Shown here: piece by piece, positions 36,149 through 48,300 of the stretch
How positions within the stretch are numbered: the stretch's first letter is position 1
How the letters are laid out: each line of letters opens with the position of its first letter
Assembly (NCBI GenBank): GCA_002189035.1
Contig: NEEC01000206.1
Coordinates: forward strand, 1 to 52,253
Direction: 5' to 3'
DNA from: Utricularia gibba
Taxonomy: Eukaryota > Plantae > Magnoliophyta
Length of the DNA: 52,253 nucleotides
Position numbers and translations under genes: made by a program
Notes under the pieces: generated by a model
Seen by the model: only the letters and a program-made list of their open reading frames with translations
What the model was told of the DNA's origin: nothing
Database searches by the model: none

Positions 36149-39100
36149 AAGATATCGAAAAATACGGAATGGTGCACGAGGCCTGCATCAGGTGTGGGTT
36201 GGAACACAACCGTGGCATTGTAAGGGATCGCCTCTAAAACAAAAATTTCACACCTTCCAATGAAATGCATATGTTTGAAGCGAGAAAACCCATTCGCGTC
36301 GAATCGGAAGTCCGAGGTCGCATCATCGCGAACGTCGTGGCCACTTTGTGGCACAATTGAAGGCTAATATAAGGCAATAATTCGAGCTCTGATACATCGT
36401 CGAACGACGAAGCTTCAAAACGGAAGATGACCGCCTCGGAATGAGCTTCGAAACGGTGTGTCGTGCGCAACGTGGCTCATCACGGTTTTTCAAGATATCG
36501 AAAAATACGGAATGGTGCACGAGGCCTTCATCAGGTGTGGGTTGGAACACAACCCGTGGCATTGTAAGGGATCGCCTCAAACAAAATTTCACACCTTCCA
36601 ATGAAATCCATATGTTTGAAAGCGAGAAATCCATTCGCGTCGAATCGGAAGTCCGAGGTCGCATCATCGCGAACGTCGTGGCCACTTTGTGGCACAATTG
36701 AAGGGTAATATAAGGCAATAATTCGAGCTCTGATACATCGTCGGACGACGAAGCTTCCAAAACGGAAGATGACTGCCTAGAATGAGCTTCGAAACGGTGT
36801 GTCGTGCGAACGTGGCTCATCACGGTTTTCAAGATATCGACAAAATACGGAATGGTGCACGAGGCCTGCATCAGGTGTGGGTTGGAACACAACCGTGCCA
36901 TTGTAAGGGATCGCCTCAAAAACAAAAATTTCACACCTTCCAATGAAATGCATATGTTTTGCAAGCGAGAAATCACATTTGCGTCGAATTGGAAGCCCCG
37001 AGTCGCATCATCGCGAACGTCGTGGCCACTTTGTGGCACAATTGAAGGGTAATATAAGGCAATAATTCGATCTCTGATACATCGTCGGACGACGAAGCTT
37101 CAAAAACGGAAGATGACCGCTCTGGAATGAGCTTCGAAACGGTGTGTCGTGTGCAACAAGGCTCATCACGGTTTTCAAGATATTTACAAAATACGGAATG
37201 GTGCACGAGGCCTGCATCAGGTGGGGTTGAACACACCCGTGGCATTGTAAGGGTCGCCTCAAAAAACAAAAATTTCACACCTTCCAATGAAATCATATGT
37301 TTTTGAAGCGAGAAATCCATTTGCGTCGAATCGGAAGCCCCGAGTCGCATCATCGCGAACGTCGTGGCCACTTTGTGGCACAATTGAAGGTAATATAAGG
37401 AAATAATTCGAGCTCTGATATATTGTCGGACGACGAAGCTTCAAAACGGAAGATGACCGCCTGGAATGAGCTTCGAAACGGTGTGTCGTGCGCAACGTGG
37501 CTCATCACGGTTTCAAGATATCGAAAAATACGGAATGGTGCACGAGGCCTGCATCAGGTGTGGGTTGGAACACACCGTGGCATTGTAAGGGATCGCCTCA
37601 AAAACGAAAATTTCACACCTTCCAATGAAATGCATATGTTTTGAAGCGAGAAAATCCATTCGCGTCGAATCGGAAGTCCGAGTCGCATCATCGCGAACGT
37701 CGTGGCCACTTTGTGGCACAATTGAAGGCTAATATAAGGCAATAATTCGAGCTCTGATATATTGTCGGACGACGAAGCTTCAAAAACGGAAGATGACCGC
37801 CCGGAATGAGCTTCGAAACGGTGTGTCGTGCGCAACGTGGCTCATCACGGTTTTCAAGATATCGACAAAATACGGAATGGTGCACGAGGCCTGCATCAGG
37901 TGTGGGTTGGAACACAACCGTGGCATTGTAAGGGATCGCCTCAAAAACAAAAATTTCACACCTTCCAATGAAATGCATATGTTTTGAAAGCGAGAAATCC
38001 AATTCGCGTCGAATCGGAAGTCCGAGGTCGCATCATCGCGAACGTCGTGGCCACTTTGTGGCACAATTGAAGGCTAATATAAGGCAATAATTCGAGCTCT
38101 GATATCGTCGGACGACGAAGCTTCAAAAACGGAAGATGACCGCCTGGAATGAGCTTCGAAACGGTGTGTCGTGTGCAACAAGGCTCATCACGGTTTTCAA
38201 GATATCAAAATACGGAATGGTGCACGAGGCCTTCATCAGGTGTGGGTTGGAACAACCGTGGCATTGTAAGGGTTCGCCTCTAAAAAAAATTTCATACCTT
38301 CCAATGAAATCCATATGTCTTGAAGCGAGAAAACCATTCGCGTCGAATCGGAAGTCCGAGGTCGCATCATCGCGAACGTCGTGGCCACTTTGTGGCACAA
38401 TTGAAGGCTAATATAAGGCAATAATTCGAGCTCTGATATATTGTCGAACGACGAAGCTTCAAAACGGAAGATGACCGCCCTGGAATGAGCTTCGAAACGG
38501 TGTGTCGTGCAAACGTGGCTCATCACGGTTTTCAAGATATCGACAAAATACGGAATGGTGCACGAGGCCTGCATCAGGTGTGGGTTGGAACACACCGTGG
38601 CATTGTAAGGGATCGCCTCAAAACGAAAATTCACACCTTCCAATGAAATGCATATGTTTTGAAAGCGAGAAATCCATTCGCGTCGAATCGGAAGTCCCGA
38701 GTCGCATCATCGCGAACGTCGTGGCCACTTTGTGGCACAATTGAAGGCTAATATAAGGCAATAATTCGAGCTCTGATACATCGTCGAACGACAAAGCTTC
38801 AAAACGGAAGATGACCGCCTCGGAATGAGCTTCGAAACGGTGTGTCGTGCGCAACGCGGCTCATCACGGTTTTAAGATATCGACAAAATACGGAATGGTG
38901 CACGAGGCCTGCATCAGGTGTGGGTTGGAACAAACCGTGGCATTGTAAGGGATCGCCTCAAAACAAAATTTCACACCTTCCAATGAAATGCATATGTTTT
39001 GAAGCGAGAAATCACATTCGCGTCGAATCGGAAGCCCCGAGTCGCATCATCGCGAACGTCGTGGCCACTTTGTGGCACAATTGAAGGCTAATATAAGGCA

Positions 39101-40232
39101 ATAATTCGAGCTCTGATACATCGTCGGACGACGAAGCTTCAAAACGGAAGATGACCGCTCTGGAATGAGCTTCGAAACGGTGTGTCGTGTGCAACAAGGC
39201 TCATCACGGTTTTTCAAGATATCAAAAATACGGAATGGTGCACGAGGCCTTCATCAGGTGTGGGTTGGAACACACCCGTGGCATTGTAAGGGATCGCCAA
39301 AAAAATTTCACACCTTCCAATGAAATGCATATGTTTTGAAGCGAGAAATCACATTCGCGTCGAATCGGAAGCCCCGAGTCGCATCATCGCGAACGTCGTG
39401 GCCACTTTGTGGCACAATTGAAGGGTAATATAAGGCAATAATTCGAGCTCTGATATCGTCGGACGACGAAGCTTCAAAAACGGAAGATGACCGCCTGGAA
39501 TGAGCTTCGAAACGGTGTGTCGTGCGCAACGTGGCTCATCACGGTTTCAAGATATCGAGAAAATACGGAATGGTGCACGAGGCCTTCATCAGGTGTGGGT
39601 TGGAACACAACCGTGGCATTGTAAGGGATCGCCTAAAACGAAAAATTTCACACCTTCCAATGAAATGCATATGTTTTGCAAGCGAGAAATCACATTTGCG
39701 TCGAATCGGAAGCCCGAGTCGCATCATCGCGAACGTCGTGGCCACTTTGTGGCACAATTGAAGGGTAATATAAGGCAATAATTCGAGCTCTGATATATTG
39801 TCGGACGACGAAGCTTCAAAAACGGAAGATGACCGCCCTGGAATGAGCTTCGAAACGGTGTGTCGTGCGCAACGTGGCTCATCACGGTTTCAAGATATCG
39901 AGAAAATACGGAATGGTGCACGAGGCCTTCATCAGGTGTGGGTTGGAACACAACCGTGGCATTGTAAGGGATCGCCTCAAAAAAAATTTTCACACCTTCC
40001 AATGAAATGCATATGTTTTGCAAGCGAGAAATCCATTCGCGTCGAATCGGAAGCCCCGAGTCGCATCATCGCGAACGTCGTGGCCACTTTGTGGCACAAT
40101 TGAAGGCTAATATAAGGCAATAATTCGAGCTCTGATACATTGTCGAACGACGAAGCTTCAAAACGGAAGATGACCGCTCGGAATGAGCTTCGAAACGGTG
40201 TGTCGTGCGCAACGTGGCTCATCACGGTTTTC

Positions 40233-43200
40233 AAGATATCGATAAAATACGGAATGGTGCACGAGGCCTGCATCAGGTGTGGGTTGGAACACACCGTGGC
40301 ATTGTAAGGGATCGCCTCTAAAACGAAAATTTCACACCTTCCAATGAAATCATATGTTTTTGAAGCGAGAAATCCATTTGCGTCGAATCGGAAGCCCGTC
40401 GCATCATCGCGAACGTCGTGGCCACTTTGTGGCACAATTGAAGGCTAATATAAGGCAATAATTCGAGCTCTGATACATCGTCGGACGACGAAGCTTCAAA
40501 AACGGAAGATGACCGCCTCGGAATGAGCTTCGAAACGGTGTGTCGTGCGCAAAGGCTCATCACGGTTTTCAAGATATCGACAAAATACGGAATGGTGCAC
40601 GAGGCCTGCATCAGGTGTGGGTTGGAACACACCGTGGCATTGTAAGGGATCGCCTCAAAAAACGAAAATTTCACACTTCCAATGAAATCCATATGTCTTG
40701 AAAGCGAGAAATCCATTCGCGTCGAATCGGAAGTCCAGGTCGCATCATCGCGAACGTCGTGGCCACTTTGTGGCACAATTGAAGGGTAATATAAGGCAAT
40801 AATTCGAGCTCTGATATTGTCGGACGACGAAGCTTCAAACGGAAGATGACCGCCTGAATGAGCTTCGAAACGGTGTGTCGTGTAACGTGGCTCATCACGG
40901 TTTCAAGATATCGACAAAATACGGAATGGTGCACGAGGCCTGCATCAGGTGTGGGTTGGAACACACCGTGGCATTGTAAGGGATCGCCTCTAAAACGAAA
41001 ATTTCACACCTTCCAATGAAATCCATATGTTTTGAAAGCGAGAAATCCCATTCGCGTCGAATCGGAAGTCCCAGTCGCATCATCGCGAACGTCGTGGCCA
41101 CTTTGTGGCACAATTGAAGGCTAATATAAGGCAATAATTCGAGCTCTGATACATCGTCGAACGACGAAGCTTCAAAACGGAAGATGACCGCCTCGGAATG
41201 AGCTTCGAAACGGTGTGTCGTGCGCAACGTGGCTCATCACGGTTTTAAGATATCGACAAAATACGGAATGGTGCACGAGGCCTGCATCAGGTGTGGGTTG
41301 GAACACACCCGTGGCATTGTAAGGGTCGCCTCTAAAACGAAAATTTCACACCTTCCAATGAAATCCATATGTTTGAAAGCGAGAAATCCCATTCGCGTCG
41401 AATCGGAAGTCCGAGGTCGCATCATCGCGAACGTCGTGGCCACTTTGTGGCACAATTGAAGGCTAATATAAGGCAATAATTCGAGCTCTGATATATTGTC
41501 GGACGACGAAGCTTCAAAACGGAAGATGACCGCCCTGGAATGAGCTTCGAAACGGTGTGTCGTGCGCAACGTGGCTCATCACGGTTTCAAGATATCGAAA
41601 AATACGGAATGGTGCACGAGGCCTGCATCAGGTGTGGGTTGGAACACAACCGTGGCATTGTAAGGGATCGCCTCAAAACGAAAAATTTCACACCTTCCAA
41701 TGAAATGCATGTGTTTTGCAAGCGAGAAATCACATTTGCGTCGAATTGGAAGCCCCGAGTCGCATCATCGCGAACGTCGTGGCCACTTTGTGGCACAATT
41801 GAAGGGTAATATAAGGCAATAATTCGAGCTCTGATATATTGTCGGACGACGAAGCTTCAAAAACGGAAGATGACCGCTCTGGAATGAGCTTCGAAACGGT
41901 GTGTCGTGTGCAACGTGGCTCATCACGGTTTTCAAGATATCGACAAAATACGGAATGGTGCACGAGGCCTTCATCAGGTGTGGGTTGGAACACACACGTG
42001 GCATTGTAAGGGATCGCCTCTAAAACGAAAATTTCACACCTTCCAATGAAATGCATATGTTTTGAAGCGAGAAATCCATTTGCGTCGAATCGGAAGTCCC
42101 GTCGCATCATCGCGAACGTCGTGGCCACTTTGTGGCACAATTGAAGGCTAATATAAGGCAATAATTCGAGCTCTGATACATCGTCGGACGACGAAGCTTC
42201 AAAAACGGAAGATGACCGCCTGGAATGAGCTTCGAAACGGTGTGTCGTGCGCAACGTGGCTCATCACGGTTTTCAAGATATCGAAAAATACGGAATGGTG
42301 CACGAGGCCTGCATCAGGTGTGGGTTGGAACACACCGTGGCATTGTAAGGGATCGCCTCAAAAAAAAATTTCACACCTTCCAATGAAATCCATATGTCTT
42401 GAAAGCGAGAAATCCATTCGCGTCGAATCGGAAGTCCGAGGTCGCATCATCGCGAACGTCGTGGCCACTTTGTGGCACAATTGAAGGCTAATATAAGGCA
42501 ATAATTCGAGCTCTGATATTGTCGGACGACGAAGCTTCAAAACGGAAGATGACCGCCTCGAATGAGCTTCGAAACGGTGTGTCGTGAACGTGGCTCATCA
42601 CGGTTTTCAAGATATCGACAAAATACGGAATGGTGCACGAGGCCTGCATCAGGTGTGGGTTGGAACACACCGTGGCATTGTAAGGGATCCTCTAAAAACG
42701 AAAATTTCACACCTTCCAATGAAATCCATATGTTTTTGAAAGCGAGAAATCCCATTCGCGTCGAATCGGAAGTCCAGTCGCATCATCGCGAACGTCGTGG
42801 CCACTTTTGGCACAATTGAAGGCTAATATAAGGCAATAATTCGAGCTCTGATACATCGTCGAACGACAAAGCTTCAAAACGGAAGATGACCGCCTCGGAA
42901 TGAGCTTCGAAACGGTGTGTCGTGCGCAACGTGGCTCATCACGGTTTTCAAGATATCGACAAAATACGGAATGGTGCACGAGGCCTTCATCAGGTGTGGG
43001 TTGGAACACACCCGTGGCATTGTAAGGGATCGCCTCTAAAAACGAAAATTTCACACCTTCCAATGAAATCCATATGTTTGAAAGCGAGAAATCCCATTCG
43101 CGTCGAATCGGAAGTCCGAGGTCGCATCATCGCGAACGTCGTGGCCACTTTGTGGCACAATTGAAGGGTAATATAAGGCAATAATTCGAGCTCTGATATA

Positions 43201-45328
43201 TTGTCGGACGACGAAGCTTCAAAAAACGGAAGATGACCGCCTGGAATGAGCTTCGAAACGGTGTGTCGTGCGCAACGTGGCTCATCACGGTTTTCAAGAT
43301 ATCGAAAAAATACGGAATGGTGCACGAGGCCTGCATCAGGTGTGGGTTGGAACACAACCGTGGCATTGTAAGGGATCGCCTCTAAAAAAAATTTCACACC
43401 TTCCAATGAAATGCATATGTTTTTGAAGCGAGAAATCACATTTGCGTCGAATCGGAAGCCCCGAGTCGCATCATCGCGAACGTCGTGGCCACTTTGTGGC
43501 ACAATTGAAGGCTAATATAAGGCAATAATTCGAGCTCTGATATATTGTCGGACGACGAAGCTTCAAAACGGAAGATGACCGCCCTGGAATGAGCTTCGAA
43601 ACGGTGTGTCGTGCGCAACGTGGCTCATCACGGTTTCAAGATATCGACAAAATACGGAATGGTGCGAGGCCTGCATCAGGTGTGGGTTGGAACACAACCG
43701 TGGCATTGTAAGGGATCGCCTCTAAAACGAAAATTTCACACCTTCCAATGAAATGCATATGTTTTTGAAGCGAGAAATCACATTCGCGTCGAATCGGAAG
43801 TCCCGTCGCATCATCGCGAACGTCGTGGCCACTTTGTGGCACAATTGAAGGCTAATATAAGGCAATAATTCGAGCTCTGATACATCGTCGGACGACGAAG
43901 CTTCAAAACGGAAGATGACCGCCTCGGAATGAGCTTCGAAACGGTGTGTCGTGCGCAACGTGGCTCATCACGGTTTTAAGATATCGACAAAATACGGAAT
44001 GGTGCACGAGGCCTTCATCAGGTGTGGGTTGGAACACACCGTGGCATTGTAAGGGATCGCCTCAAAAACAAAATTTCACACCTTCCAATGAAATCCATAT
44101 GTTTGAAAGCGAGAAATCCATTCGCGTCGAAGCCGAGGTCGCATCATCGCGAACGTCGTGGCCACTTTGTGGCACAATTGAAGGCTAATATAAGGCAATA
44201 ATTCGAGCTCTGATACATTGTCGGACGACGAAGCTTCCAAAACGGAAGATGACCGCCTCGAATGAGCTTCGAAACGGTGTGTCGTAACGTGGCTCATCAC
44301 GGTTTTCAAGATATCGACAAAATACGGAATGGTGCACGAGGCCTGCATCAGGTGTGGGTTGGAACACACCGTGGCATTGTAAGGGATCGCCTCTAAAACG
44401 AAAATTTTCACACCTTCCAATGAAATCCATATGTTTTGAAAGCGAGAAATCCATTCGCGTCGAATCGGAAGTCCCAGTCGCATCATCGCGAACGTCGTGG
44501 CCACTTTGTGGCACAATTGAAGGCTAATATAAGGCAATAATTCGAGCTCTGATACATCGTCGACGACAGCTTCAAAACGGAAGATGACCGCCTCGGAATG
44601 AGCTTCGAAACGGTGTGTCGTGCAAACGTGGCTCATCACGGTTTTCAAGATATCGAAAAATACGGAATGGTGCACGAGGCCTGCATCAGGTGTGGGTTGG
44701 AACACACCGTGGCATTGTAAGGGATCGCCTCAAAACGAAAATTTCACACCTTCCAATGAAATCCATATGTTTGAAAGCGAGAAATCCCATTCGCGTCGAA
44801 TCGGAAGTCCGAGGTCGCATCATCGCGAACGTCGTGGCCACTTTGTGGCACAATTGAAGGGTAATATAAGGCAATAATTCGAGCTCTGATATATTGTCGG
44901 ACGACAAAGCTTCAAAACGGAAGATGACCCTGGAATGAGCTTCGAAACGGTGTGTCGTGCGCAACGTGGCTCATCACGGTTTTCAAGATATCGACAAAAT
45001 ACGGAATGGTGCACGAGGCCTGCATCAGGTGTGGGTTGGAACACAACCGTGGCATTGTAAGGGATCGCCTCTAAAACGAAATTTCACACCTTCCAATGAA
45101 ATGCATATGTTTTTGCAAGCGAGAAATCACATTTGCGTCGAATCGGAAGCCCCGAGTCGCATCATCGCGAACGTCGTGGCCACTTTGTGGCACAATTGAA
45201 GGGTAATATAAGGCAATAATTCGAGCTCTGATATATTGTCGGACGACGAAGCTTCAAAACGGAAGATGACCGCCCTGGAATGAGCTTCGAAACGGTGTGT
45301 CGTGCGCAACGTGGCTCATCACGGTTTC
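40233..45328 (+). repeat. Pentameric higher-order repeat, ~1,704 bp, three tandem copies
   Basis: The rare CCCGTCGCATC variant (GA deleted) occurs at ~40398, ~42101 and ~43805, spacings of 1703 and 1704. The four monomers after each copy repeat their diagnostic variants in the same order. Confidence 0.8.
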
Positions 45329-48300
45329 AAGATATCGAGAAAATACGGAATGGTGCACGAGGCCTTCATCAGGTGTGGGTTGGAACACAACCGTGGCATT
45401 GTAAGGGATCGCCTCTAAAACGAAAATTTCACACCTTCCAATGAAATGCATATGTTTTGAAGCGAGAAATCCATTTGCGTCGAATTGGAAGCCCCGAGTC
45501 GCATCATCGCGAACGTCGTGGCCACTTTGTGGCACAATTGAAGGGTAATATAAGGCAATAATTCGAGCTCTGATATATTGTCGGACGACGAAGCTTCAAA
45601 AAACGGAAGATGACCGCCCTGGAATGAGCTTCGAAACGGTGTGTCGTGTGCAACAAGGCTCATCACGGTTTTCAAGATATCGACAAAATACGGAATGGTG
45701 CACGAGGCCTGCATCAGGTGTGGGTTGGAACACAACCGTGGCATTGTAAGGGATCGCCTCTAAAACGAAAATTTCACACCTTCCAATGAAATCCATATGT
45801 TTTGAAAGCGAGAAATCCCATTCGCGTCGAATCGGAAGTCCCGAGTCGCATCATCGCGAACGTCGTGGCCACTTTGTGGCACAATTGAAGGCTAATATAA
45901 GGCAATAATTCGAGCTCTGATACATCGTCGAACGACGAAGCTTCAAAACGGAAGATGACCGCCTGGAATGAGCTTCGAAACGTGTGTCGTGCGAACGTGG
46001 CTCATCACGGTTTTCAAGATATCGATAAAATACGGAATGGTGCACGAGGCCTGCATCAGGTGTGGGTTGGAACACAACCGTGCATTGTAAGGGATCGCCT
46101 CAAAACAAAATTTCACACCTTCCAATGAAATGCATATGTTTTGAAGCGAGAAATCCATTCGCGTCGAATCGGAAGTCCGAGTCGCATCATCGCGAACGTC
46201 GTGGCCACTTTGTGGCACAATTGAAGGCTAATATAAGGCAATAATTCGAGCTCTGATACATCGTCGAACGACAAAAGCTTCAAAACGGAAGATGACCGCC
46301 TGGAATGAGCTTCGAAACGGTGTGTCGTGCGCAACGTGGCTCATCACGGTTTCAAGATATCGACAAAATACGGAATGGTGCACGAGGCCTTCATCAGGTG
46401 TGGGTTGGAACACACCCGTGGCATTGGGATCGCCTCTAAAACAAAATTTCACACCTTCCAATGAAATCCATATGTTTGAAAGCGAGAAATCCCATTCGCG
46501 TCGAATCGGAAGTCCGAGGTCGCATCATCGCGAACGTCGTGGCCACTTTGTGGCACAATTGAAGGCTAATATAAGGCAATAATTCGAGCTCTGATACATC
46601 GTCGACGACGAAGCTTCAAAACGGAAGATGACCGCCTGGAATGAGCTTCGAAACGGTGTGTCGTGCGCAACGTGGCTCATCACGGTTTTCAAGATATCGA
46701 CAAAAATACGGAATGGTGCACGAGGCCTGCATCAGGTGTGGGTTGGAACACACCGTGGCATTGTAAGGGATCGCCTCTAAAACGAAAATTTCACACCTTC
46801 CAATGAAATCCATATGTTTTGAAAGCGAGAAATCCCATTCGCGTCGAATCGGAAGTCCGAGGTCGCATCATCGCGAACGTCGTGGCCACTTTGTGGCACA
46901 ATTGAAGGGTAATATAAGGCAATAATTCGAGCTCTGATATATTGTCGGACGAAGCTTCCAAAACGGAAGATGACCGCCCTGAATGAGCTTCGAAACGGTG
47001 TGTCGTGCAACGTGGCTCATCACGGTTTCAAGATATCGATAAAAATACGGAATGGTGCACGAGGCCTGCATCAGGTGTGGGTTGGAACACAACCGTGGCA
47101 TTGTAAGGGATCGCCTCAAAAACAAAAATTTCACACCTTCCAATGAAATGCATATGTTTTGCAAGCGAGAAATCACATTTGCGTCGAATCGGAAGCCCCG
47201 AGTCGCATCATCGCGAACGTCGTGGCCACTTTGTGGCACAATTGAAGGCTAATATAAGGCAATAATTCGAGCTCTGATACATCGTCGGACGACGAAGCTT
47301 CAAAACGGAAGATGACCGCTCTGAATGAGCTTCGAAACGGTGTGTCGTGTGCAACACTCATCACGGTTTTCAAGATATTACAAAATACGGAATGGTGCAC
47401 GAGGCTGCATCAGGTGTGGGTTGGAACACAACCGTGGCATTGTAAGGGTTCGCCTCTAAAACAAAAATTTCACACCTTCCAATGAAATCCATATGTTTGA
47501 AGCGAGAAATCCCATTCGCGTCGAATCGGAAGTCCGAGTCGCATCATCGCGAACGTCGTGGCCACTTTGTGGCACAATTGAAGGGTAATATAAGGCAATA
47601 ATTCGAGCTCTGATATATTGTCGGACGACGAAGCTTCAAAAACGGAAGATGACCGCCCGGAATGAGCTTCGAAACGGTGTGTCGTGCGCAACGTGGCTCA
47701 TCACGGTTTCAAGATATCGAGAAAATACGGAATGGTGCACGAGGCCTTCATCAGGTGTGGGTTGGAACACAACCGTGGCATTGTAAGGGATCGCCTCTAA
47801 AACGAAAATTTCACACCTTCCAATGAAATGCATATGTTTTGAAGCGAGAAATCACATTTGCGTCGAATTGGAAGCCCCGAGTCGCATCATCGCGAACGTC
47901 GTGGCCACTTTGTGGCACAATTGAAGGGTAATATAAGGCAATAATTCGAGCTCTGATATATTGTCGGACGACGAAGCTTCAAAAACGGAAGATGACCGCC
48001 CGGAATGAGCTTCGAAACGGTGTGTCGTGCGCAACGTGGCTCATCACGGTTTCAAGATATCGACAAAATACGGAATGGTGCACGAGGCCTGCATCAGGTG
48101 TGGGTTGGAACACAACCGTGGCATTGTAAGGGATCGCCTCAAAAACAAAAATTTCACACCTTCCAATGAAATGCATATGTTTTGAAAGCGAGAAATCCAA
48201 TTCGCGTCGAATCGGAAGTCCGAGGTCGCATCATCGCGAACGTCGTGGCCACTTTGTGGCACAATTGAAGGGTAATATAAGGCAATAATTCGAGCTCTGA

